DNA of 64,000 nucleotides from Escherichia coli (GTDB lineage Bacteria; Pseudomonadota; Gammaproteobacteria; Enterobacterales; Enterobacteriaceae): NCBI RefSeq assembly GCF_017348835.2, contig NZ_CP071375.1; one strand, 5' to 3'. Shown piece by piece: positions 55,909 to 64,000 of this stretch (position 1 is its first letter; each line of letters starts with the position of its first letter). The notes under the pieces were generated by a model. It saw only the letters and a program-made list of their open reading frames with translations, ran no database searches and was not told where the DNA came from. The position numbers and the translations under genes were made by a program.

Positions 55909-57441
55909 TTATTCCTTCACCTGATGCACAACATCGATCACCGAGCCATCGCGGTAACGCACAACGGCAACGACGCGGTCGGTGAATTCAATCGGCTGTG
56001 GTTCACCGGTCAGCAGACGCGCACGTTCGCGCAGCCACTCAATGGAAACCACTTTAATGCCCGCTTCCTGCAGACGTTCTGCCAGTTCCGGACGTGCCGG
56101 GTTAACTGCGATACCGTGGTCTGTGACCAGAATATCGACACTGGAGCCTGGGGTGATGCAGGTCAGCACGTTATCCACCAGAGTCGGAATACGACCACGT
56201 ACCAGCGGCGCGACGATGATGGAAAGCGCAGAGGCAATCGCGGTATCGCAGTGACCACCGGAAGCACCACGCAGTACGCCGTCAGAGCCGGTCAGCACGT
56301 TAACGTTGAACTGGGTGTCAATTTCCAGCGCGCTCAGTACCACCACGTCGAGACGATCAACCGATGCGCCTTTCGAACCCCAGTTAGCGTACTGGTTGGC
56401 GCTGATTTCGATGTGATTGGGGTTACGGGCCAGCGATTGCGCAGCGTGGCTGTCAAAGCTCTGTACATCCAGCAGTTTGCGGATCAGACCTTTTTCGTGC
56501 AGATCAACCATCGTCGCGGTAATACCACCGAGGGCGAAGTCGGCGCGAATATCGCGGCTACGCATTTTGTCTTCCAGGAAACGGGTTACCGCCAGCGATG
56601 CGCCGCCGGTGCCGGTTTGCATGGAGAAACCTTCTTTGAAGTAGCCTGAGTTGACAATCACATCCGCAGCGCTACGGGCAATAAGCAGTTCGCGCGGGTT
56701 AGTGGTCATACGGGTAGCACCAGCGCCGATTTTTGCAGCATCGCCAACGCGATCAACTTTGACGATCAGATCAACCTGATCTTGCTCAATGCTTGCCGGA
56801 TTATGCGGATAAGGCAGCAGTTCTTCGGTAAGCATCACAACCTGTTTTGCGTTGTCGGCATCAACCATTGCATAGCCGAGGGAGCCGCAGCAGGCTTTAC
56901 CGGTGTAGCCGTTGGCATTACCGAATTCATCACAGGACGGGACGCCGAGGAAAGCCACGTCGATATTCAGTTCGCCGCTCTGTACCAGATGCACACGTCC
57001 GCCGTGAGAGTGGATCTGCACCGGTTCTGCCAGCAGACCACGGGAGATCTCTTCCGCCAGTGGACCACGCAGGCCGGAGGTATAAATGCGGGTAACCACG
57101 CCCTGGCGAATGTGTTCTACCAGCGGCGCATGGCAATCACTCAGGGAGCTGGACGCCAGGGTCAGGTTTTTAAAGCCCATCTTCGCGATGACGTCCATCA
57201 CCATATTGACGGTCAGGTCACCGCCACGGAAAGCGTGATGGAAGGAAACCGTCATGCCGTCCTGTAAACCAGAGCGACGAATCGCTTCTTCCAGGTTGGC
57301 GCACAGTTTGCGATCGCGCGCTTTTTCAGTCTGGTAGGTTTGCTTTGGCGAGTTCTGGAAAGCGGCAAGATCGCATTCAGCGCGACGATTCCAGGCCGCT
57401 ACCCGTTCTTGTCGTTGAGATTGTTCAATTTTCTGCGTCAT
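55909..57441 (-). CDS. citF: CitF, citrate lyase alpha subunit
   Basis: ORF 55909-57483; start taken at MTQKIEQSQRQERV giving 510 aa. Confidence 0.93.
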   Translation of the reverse strand: MTQKIEQSQRQERVAAWNRRAECDLAAFQNSPKQTYQTEKARDRKLCANLEEAIRRSGLQDGMTVSFHHAFRGGDLTVNMVMDVIAKMGFKNLTLASSSLSDCHAPLVEHIRQGVVTRIYTSGLRGPLAEEISRGLLAEPVQIHSHGGRVHLVQSGELNIDVAFLGVPSCDEFGNANGYTGKACCGSLGYAMVDADNAKQVVMLTEELLPYPHNPASIEQDQVDLIVKVDRVGDAAKIGAGATRMTTNPRELLIARSAADVIVNSGYFKEGFSMQTGTGGASLAVTRFLEDKMRSRDIRADFALGGITATMVDLHEKGLIRKLLDVQSFDSHAAQSLARNPNHIEISANQYANWGSKGASVDRLDVVVLSALEIDTQFNVNVLTGSDGVLRGASGGHCDTAIASALSIIVAPLVRGRIPTLVDNVLTCITPGSSVDILVTDHGIAVNPARPELAERLQEAGIKVVSIEWLRERARLLTGEPQPIEFTDRVVAVVRYRDGSVIDVVHQVKE

Positions 57442-57451
57442 TTTGATTGCC

Positions 57452-58360
57452 TTATTCTTCGCGAATGCCGGAAAGTTCTGCACGGGAGAGCACCAGACGG
57501 GCGCGATCGATAACCGGACCGTCCACCATCTTGCCGTTCAGGGAAACCACGCCGAGGCCTTCGCGAGCGGCGGCTTCAGCGGCTTCTACGACGCGGCGGG
57601 CGTGATCCACTTCTTTCTGGGTCGGTGCGTAGAGGTTGTGCAGCAGATCAATCTGACGCGGGTTGATCAGCGATTTGCCGTCAAAGCCCAGCTGTTTGAT
57701 GTGGGCGGCTTCTTGCAGGAATCCGGCTTCGTTGTTAGCGTCGGAATAGACGGTATCGAACGCCTGAATACCCGCAGAGCGCGCGGCCTGCAAAATGGAA
57801 CAGCGTGCGAACAGCAGTTCAGTTCCTTCCGGGGAGCGTTCTGTACGCAGGTTGCGCACATAGTCTTCTGCACCGAGGGCGATACCGATCAAACGCTCGG
57901 AAGCGTGAGCGATTTCCACTGCGCGGGTAATGCCCAGCGGAGATTCAATCGCCGCCAGCAGGCCGGTGCTGCCGGGTTCACGACCACAGGCTTTTTCGAT
58001 ACGCAGGATCTCTTTTTCGATATCCAGAACATCCTGAGCGGTATCGGTTTTCGGCAGACGCACAACGTCCGCACCACCGCGAACGACGGCTTCCAGGTCG
58101 TTAACACCCCATTCGGAATCCAGCGCGTTGACACGCACAATGGTTTCAATATCGCGATACAGCGGATGTTGCAGCGCGTGATAAACCATGCGGCGGGCGG
58201 TGTCTTTTTCACGTAATGCCACGGAGTCTTCGAGGTCAAACATCAGGGCATCAGCCGGGTAGATGAAGGAGTTGCTGACCATCGCGGCATTGGCACCAGG
58301 CACAAACAACATGCTGCGGCGGGTGCGAGTTTTACGTTGTTGCAGCGAAGCGGAAATCAT
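57452..58360 (-). CDS. citE: CitE, citrate lyase beta subunit
   Basis: ORF 57452-58375; start taken at [22 protein letters not shown] giving 302 aa; 4-nt overlap with citD. Confidence 0.93.
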
Positions 58361-58653
58361 TGGCAATCCTCCCATGGCAGAGCCGGGATACCGCTGGCGC
58401 GTGCCAGCAGGGCTTCCAGTCGTGCACGTAAAATGCAGTCCAGTGCGCCTTTGTCATCGACATTCAGCTGTACGCCGCGCACGTTGTAGCGGGCGAGAAC
58501 GTCCAGAATGGTGGTGCGAATTGCATCGCCAAACTGTTTCTCAACGCTGCTATTGATTTGCAGGTCGATATCCTGCGTATCGAGTGGGGCGATGCGTATC
58601 ATCACATCCCCAGACTCAAGGGTGCCTGCAACGGCGGGCTGGTTTATTTTCAT
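58357..58653 (-). CDS. citD: CitD, citrate lyase acyl carrier protein (gamma subunit)
   Basis: 98-aa ORF; recognised by recall. Confidence 0.93.
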
Positions 58654-58667
58654 TTTTCACCTGTTTC

Positions 58668-59726
58668 TCATGCGGGGGTCTTTTGACGAGCTGCCGCGTC
58701 CTGGCGGGAGTGCTCAAGCAGGTTCTGCAAATAATGCAGCGTGACTGCAGGGACCAGCGGCGCGATAGCCGTGAGATCGTTTTTCGCCAGCAGTTGACGT
58801 ACCCGGGAAGCGGATATCGGCATCTCCTGGTAACGCAGCCGCTCAATTTCAACCAGTTCGATGGGCGGTGCGGAGATAGTCGGCGTTTCCAGCCAGTAGC
58901 GCATATCCTGGTTGTACTGGGCGGTAACGCGACAAAAGGGTTCAGTACCGACAAAGCGGTGAGTTACACCCAGCGCGGGAGCGAGGTACTGACGGAAAAT
59001 CTTCAAATCAATTTCGGTGTAACAATGGTTAATGACGCTCTGTTCTTTAATGAAGTAGCAAGGGAACGTAGCGCGGGAGATGATGTATTCGGAGCCGCGA
59101 TGCACAGTCAGGCGTGGAATATCGGCGGTACCTTTTAACACCAGATCCAGCCGATCTTCATAGGGGAAGCGTGAAGAATCTTCTTTGACTAAAAACAGAT
59201 GCAACCAGTCGCACTGTGCCGCAGCCTGTTGAATCAGATAACGGTGACCCTTCGTAAAGGGATTGGCGTTCATCACAATGCAGCCAATCTTGTTCCCGGG
59301 ATGACGAAATTTTTTCAGCGATTCGGCATAGCGTTTCAATCGCGTGGCGCTGTTTTCCATCAGCACCATCACGCCTGGTACGCTGGTCAACGTGGAAAAA
59401 CCGCACTGGCGGAACAGCGCCTCGTATTCGGTTTTGGTATAAATAAACAGATGCGTGCTGTGCCGCTCATAGGCGAGGTTTATCAGTTCAGTGGCTAATG
59501 TCAGCGCCAGTCCTTCACCGCGAACGGATTCACTGATAGCAACGCATTTAATAATATTTCCGGCAATTCCACCGCACGCGATAAGCTTTTCATCGCGGGT
59601 TACGGTAATAAATACTTCGACTGTGGTGTCAACGCTCAAATCATTTTCATGCAGGAATTGGGCGATTTCCGCCATTTTTTTATTTTCTGAACGTTTTACG
59701 CGGGTGAAAATATCATTGCCGAACAT
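58668..59726 (-). CDS. citC: CitC, [citrate lyase] ligase
   Basis: ORF 58668-59813; start taken at MFGNDIFTRVKRSE giving 352 aa. Confidence 0.9.
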   Translation of the reverse strand: MFGNDIFTRVKRSENKKMAEIAQFLHENDLSVDTTVEVFITVTRDEKLIACGGIAGNIIKCVAISESVRGEGLALTLATELINLAYERHSTHLFIYTKTEYEALFRQCGFSTLTSVPGVMVLMENSATRLKRYAESLKKFRHPGNKIGCIVMNANPFTKGHRYLIQQAAAQCDWLHLFLVKEDSSRFPYEDRLDLVLKGTADIPRLTVHRGSEYIISRATFPCYFIKEQSVINHCYTEIDLKIFRQYLAPALGVTHRFVGTEPFCRVTAQYNQDMRYWLETPTISAPPIELVEIERLRYQEMPISASRVRQLLAKNDLTAIAPLVPAVTLHYLQNLLEHSRQDAAARQKTPA

Positions 59727-59813
59727 AATAAATAGTATCCTGAAAGTGCATGTTGTTATCGATTTGCAACGAATGTTGTTCAATGTTGCAAACTGATAAC
59801 CTTTTATTTTCAC

Positions 59814-60105
59814 TTGGGAGAAAGGGGGGTGATCGAGGTATATCTTTTTCTCCTTTCGCTATACATCCTAAGGAGTATTTCGGCGTAAAATTTTGATTTA
59901 TTTCACATAGAGTTAGTGGTTTTTTATTTATTTAATGGTTTTAAGTTTTTTAATTAATGTAATTACGAAATGACCCGCAGGTTTAAGTGATTTAATTGAT
60001 TTAATGAATAAAATTTGCCACGATCATAATTAATATCTATGTATTTTGATTCAACATTTTAATTACATCCGTCAAAGAGGCTCGGGACAACCCGCAAGGA
60101 AAACA
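59814..60105. promoter_or_regulatory. AT-rich citC / citA divergent control region with repeated TTTAAT / GATTTAATTGATTTAATGAAT motifs
   Basis: Direct repeats and very low GC read directly; expected location of CitB (DpiA) and global regulator sites. Confidence 0.6.
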
Positions 60106-61764
60106 ATGTTGCAGCTTAACGAGAATAAACAGTTTGCATTTTTCCAAAGACTGGCATTTCCGCTGCGTATCTTTTTGCTGATTCTGGTGTTCTCAATATT
60201 TGTCATTGCAGCCCTGGCGCAATATTTTACGGCCAGTTTTGAGGACTATTTAACGCTTCATGTACGCGACATGGCAATGAATCAGGCGAAAATTATTGCC
60301 TCCAATGACAGTGTCATCTCTGCGGTGAAAACGCGTGACTACAAACGGCTGGCGACCATCGCTAACAAATTACAAAGAGATACCGATTTTGATTATGTGG
60401 TGATTGGCGACCGGCACTCGATCCGCCTTTACCATCCTAATCCGGAGAAAATTGGTTATCCTATGCAGTTCACCAAACAGGGCGCGCTGGAGAAAGGGGA
60501 GAGCTACTTCATTACCGGGAAAGGGTCAATGGGTATGGCGATGCGCGCCAAAACGCCAATCTTTGATGACGATGGAAAAGTCATCGGCGTGGTGTCGATT
60601 GGCTACCTGGTGAGTAAAATCGATAGCTGGCGGGCTGAGTTTTTATTACCGATGGCAGGTGTGTTTGTCGTGCTGTTAGGGATTCTGATGTTGCTGTCGT
60701 GGTTCCTGGCCGCGCATATCCGTCGGCAGATGATGGGCATGGAGCCAAAGCAAATCGCACGCGTGGTCCGTCAGCAAGAGGCGCTGTTTAGTTCGGTTTA
60801 TGAAGGGCTGATTGCGGTGGATCCGCACGGTTACATTACCGCCATCAATCGTAACGCAAGAAAGATGCTGGGGCTGAGTTCCCCCGGACGGCAATGGTTG
60901 GGTAAACCCATTGCTGAAGTGGTCAGGCCCGCCGATTTCTTTACCGAACAGATTGATGAAAAACGTCAGGATGTGGTGGCTAACTTTAACGGTCTGAGCG
61001 TTATTGCCAATCGGGAAGCTATTCGTTCAGGTGATGATTTGCTGGGGGCCATTATCAGCTTTCGTAGTAAAGACGAAATTTCCACCCTCAATGCGCAACT
61101 GACGCAAATAAAACAATACGTCGAGAGCCTTCGTACATTGCGACACGAGCATCTCAATTGGATGTCGACGCTCAATGGTCTGTTGCAGATGAAAGAGTAT
61201 GATCGCGTGCTGGCGATGGTGCAGGGGGAGTCTCAGGCCCAGCAACAGCTTATTGACAGTCTGCGCGAGGCGTTTGCCGATCGCCAGGTGGCGGGGCTGC
61301 TTTTTGGTAAAGTGCAGCGCGCCCGCGAACTGGGGCTAAAAATGATCATCGTCCCCGGTAGCCAGCTTTCGCAACTGCCGCCAGGACTGGATAGCACCGA
61401 GTTTGCCGCCATTGTTGGCAATTTACTTGATAACGCCTTCGAAGCCAGCCTGCGTAGCGATGAAGGAAACAAGATCGTTGAATTATTCCTCAGCGATGAA
61501 GGCGATGATGTGGTGATTGAAGTCGCCGATCAGGGCTGCGGCGTTCCAGAGTCTCTACGATACAAAATATTTGAGCAGGGGGTCAGTACGCGTGCTGACG
61601 AGCCCGGTGAACATGGCATTGGGTTGTACTTGATTGCCAGCTACGTAACGCGCTGCGGTGGTGTTATCACTCTCGAAGATAATGATCCCTGCGGTACCTT
61701 ATTTTCAATCTATATTCCGAAAGTGAAACCTAATGACAGCTCCATTAACCCTATTGATCGTTGA
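60106..61764 (+). CDS. citA: CitA (DpiB), citrate-sensing histidine kinase
   Basis: ORF 60046-61764; start taken at MLQLNENKQFAFFQ giving 552 aa; H-box LRHEHLNWMSTL. Confidence 0.92.
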   Translation: MLQLNENKQFAFFQRLAFPLRIFLLILVFSIFVIAALAQYFTASFEDYLTLHVRDMAMNQAKIIASNDSVISAVKTRDYKRLATIANKLQRDTDFDYVVIGDRHSIRLYHPNPEKIGYPMQFTKQGALEKGESYFITGKGSMGMAMRAKTPIFDDDGKVIGVVSIGYLVSKIDSWRAEFLLPMAGVFVVLLGILMLLSWFLAAHIRRQMMGMEPKQIARVVRQQEALFSSVYEGLIAVDPHGYITAINRNARKMLGLSSPGRQWLGKPIAEVVRPADFFTEQIDEKRQDVVANFNGLSVIANREAIRSGDDLLGAIISFRSKDEISTLNAQLTQIKQYVESLRTLRHEHLNWMSTLNGLLQMKEYDRVLAMVQGESQAQQQLIDSLREAFADRQVAGLLFGKVQRARELGLKMIIVPGSQLSQLPPGLDSTEFAAIVGNLLDNAFEASLRSDEGNKIVELFLSDEGDDVVIEVADQGCGVPESLRYKIFEQGVSTRADEPGEHGIGLYLIASYVTRCGGVITLEDNDPCGTLFSIYIPKVKPNDSSINPIDR

Positions 61765-62413
61765 GGACGAAACGCCGCTGGCAGAGATGCATGCGGAATA
61801 TATTCGTCACATTCCCGGATTTAGTCAGATATTACTGGCGGGAAACCTGGCGCAGGCCCGAATGATGATCGAGCGTTTTAAGCCGGGGCTAATCTTGCTC
61901 GATAACTATCTTCCTGACGGTAGAGGGATTAATTTACTGCATGAACTGGTGCAGGCGCATTATCCCGGCGACGTGGTGTTTACCACTGCAGCCAGCGATA
62001 TGGAAACGGTGTCTGAAGCCGTACGTTGTGGTGTATTTGATTATCTCATTAAGCCAATTGCCTATGAACGGCTGGGGCAAACGCTAACCCGTTTCCGCCA
62101 GCGTAAACATATGCTGGAAAGTATTGATAGCGCCAGCCAGAAGCAAATTGATGAGATGTTTAATGCTTATGCTCGCGGTGAACCTAAGGACGAGCTACCG
62201 ACCGGCATTGACCCCTTGACGCTAAACGCGGTGCGAAAACTGTTTAAAGAGCCGGGTGTGCAACATACGGCAGAAACGGTGGCGCAGGCACTGACCATCA
62301 GCCGCACCACTGCCAGGCGTTATCTTGAATATTGCGCCAGCCGCCATCTGATTATTGCTGAAATTGTTCACGGCAAAGTTGGCAGACCGCAACGTATATA
62401 CCACAGTGGGTAA
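61733..62413 (+). CDS. citB: CitB (DpiA), CitB-family response regulator
   Basis: 226-aa ORF; receiver domain (LTLLIVEDE ... ILLDNYLPDG); 32-nt overlap with citA. Confidence 0.92.
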   Translation: MTAPLTLLIVEDETPLAEMHAEYIRHIPGFSQILLAGNLAQARMMIERFKPGLILLDNYLPDGRGINLLHELVQAHYPGDVVFTTAASDMETVSEAVRCGVFDYLIKPIAYERLGQTLTRFRQRKHMLESIDSASQKQIDEMFNAYARGEPKDELPTGIDPLTLNAVRKLFKEPGVQHTAETVAQALTISRTTARRYLEYCASRHLIIAEIVHGKVGRPQRIYHSG

Positions 62414-62422
62414 CATGAAAAA

Positions 62423-62445
62423 GCCGGAGGAAACTTGCCTCCGGC
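62423..62445 (-). terminator. Terminator hairpin between convergent citB and dcuC (U-tract on the dcuC side)
   Basis: GCCGGAGG-aaacttg-CCTCCGGC perfect 8-bp stem; TTTTT follows on the minus strand. Confidence 0.75.
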
Positions 62446-62453
62446 ATTACTAT

Positions 62454-63839
62454 TTACTTGCCTGTGGCCGCTGCTGCCGTTCCTGGCACCATCAGCTCTG
62501 TAGCAACGATAACAATCACCAGCCCAACAAGCACTGGCACCGAGGTGCGTTTTACGACTTCAAATGGTGAGATTTTCGCCATCCCGGCAACCGCAACGAC
62601 TACGCCAGAAACGGGCGAAAGGGTACGGCCCAGGTTTGACGCCTGCAGCATCGGGATAGTCAAATACGCCGGGTTAATGCCGGAAGAGTGCGCCAGTTTC
62701 GGGATCATCTCAACAAACGCATAAAACGGCGCATTGCCTGAACCGGTCGTGACTGCCGCCAGCATTGTCAGAATCACCAATACCAGCATCAGGATGATAC
62801 TCGCCGAACCAAACGAGGTAGCGATAGAAATCAGACTTTGAATAAAGCCGATGGTGCTAAGCCCCTGAGCGAATACCCCAGCGGCAACCAGCAGCATCAC
62901 CACGTTTGCAAATGCATCTGCCATCCCGCGATAAGCCACTTCCAGACCAGAGAAAACTTTCTGGGTATTAAAGCTGCGGAGGAACTCCAGAATGGAGGCA
63001 ATCAGCATACAAATCACCAGAATAGTGATGATGTGTAATTGCGGACCCCATTTACCATCAAAAATCAGTACACCGATGATCGGCGTGAACGGCAAAATGG
63101 CATAAAACGCAGGAGCAGTGGTGGTGATTTCACTGACATCTAACATTTCATGAGAAATGTGCTCTTTTTTATCCAGATAACGTTGCCAGAAGAAGTGGGC
63201 GATCGCCATGCCGATAATTGCAGCAATTGAGATAGGCAGCGTCGTTTTGAAGGCGAAGTCAATCAGCGACATTTCGGAAGCTTGCGCCGCCAGAACCACA
63301 TCCCCTGAAGTCGGTGCGAGAATAATCGCCGCCGGGGAGGCACAAATGGCAGCTGCTGCGCCACGACTGATACCAACGTTTACCATCACCGGAAACAGAG
63401 TAGCCATCAGCAAAACGCCCAGACCGGTTGCGGAAGAGACGGCCAGTGACATCAGACAGGCAACAAAATAGGCGGCAATCATCAGCAGGTAGGGGGAGTT
63501 AATATATTGCAATGGTTTTGACGCCAGCTTGACTACCATATCATTCGCGCCGATATGGGTCATGTAAGCGGCAAAGCCACACAGCATCATAATCATCATG
63601 CCGAGGTCGCCGCCGCGGCTCATTAGCAATATTTTAACGTATTCAACGATATCCGTGGCGCTGTAGCCTGTTGAAGCCTGGCTGGACGGTAACACTTTGT
63701 GCCCCATAATGGCACTGATAATCAGCAATAACAGGCCACCGACAAATAACACACCAGTGGCGGAATACCCTTTAATGATGTAGCGAGCTACACCCACAAT
63801 AACCACAACCCCAATAAGGAGTTCAATGAATGTCAGCAT
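62454..63839 (-). CDS. dcuC: DcuC, anaerobic C4-dicarboxylate transporter
   Basis: 461-aa polytopic membrane ORF; recognised by recall. Confidence 0.93.
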   Translation of the reverse strand: MLTFIELLIGVVVIVGVARYIIKGYSATGVLFVGGLLLLIISAIMGHKVLPSSQASTGYSATDIVEYVKILLMSRGGDLGMMIMMLCGFAAYMTHIGANDMVVKLASKPLQYINSPYLLMIAAYFVACLMSLAVSSATGLGVLLMATLFPVMVNVGISRGAAAAICASPAAIILAPTSGDVVLAAQASEMSLIDFAFKTTLPISIAAIIGMAIAHFFWQRYLDKKEHISHEMLDVSEITTTAPAFYAILPFTPIIGVLIFDGKWGPQLHIITILVICMLIASILEFLRSFNTQKVFSGLEVAYRGMADAFANVVMLLVAAGVFAQGLSTIGFIQSLISIATSFGSASIILMLVLVILTMLAAVTTGSGNAPFYAFVEMIPKLAHSSGINPAYLTIPMLQASNLGRTLSPVSGVVVAVAGMAKISPFEVVKRTSVPVLVGLVIVIVATELMVPGTAAAATGK

Positions 63840-64000
63840 AATTTTTCCTGTCTCCAGGCCCCAAAGTAAATAATAAAAAATTCCTAAAACTTAAGGAAAA
63901 AATATGCCCAATAAATTGGCAGTGAATGCTGATTAAAATCAAGAAAAACTGCCATTAAGACATTGAAGTTACTGTTTTTATACATAGATAACAAAACGCA

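Overview
This 64-kb window reads as one contiguous stretch of an Escherichia coli chromosome with K-12-like gene order. I recognised the genes by recalling the encoded proteins; no database search was possible. Left to right: the 5' end of nfrA and nfrB (phage N4 receptor genes), the cusRS / cusCFBA copper-silver efflux locus, pheP, ybdG, nfsB, ybdF, ybdJ, ybdK, the hokE/sokE type I toxin-antitoxin locus, the complete enterobactin cluster (entD, fepA, fes, ybdZ, entF, fepE, fepCGD, entS, fepB, entCEBAH) with three Fur-box divergent promoters, cstA-ybdD, ybdH, ybdL, an AT-rich ybdM-ybdN-ybdO island, dsbG, ahpCF, uspG, ybdR, rnk, rna, the citCDEFXGT citrate lyase operon with divergent citAB, and dcuC. 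I saw no rRNA, tRNA, CRISPR array or intact mobile element. The IS186 copy that I recall K-12 MG1655 carrying next to hokE is absent, leaving an unoccupied GGGG-N6-CCCC hairpin. Most of the window is well-characterised core metabolism and transport, and I see no evidence for a large novel inserted system. The two best candidates for something under-described are (i) the overlapping ybdN-ybdM pair (PP-loop/PAPS-reductase-like plus ParB-like) with the LysR gene ybdO in an AT-rich island, and (ii) a 29-codon ORF encoding a single hydrophobic helix between ybdR and rnk.
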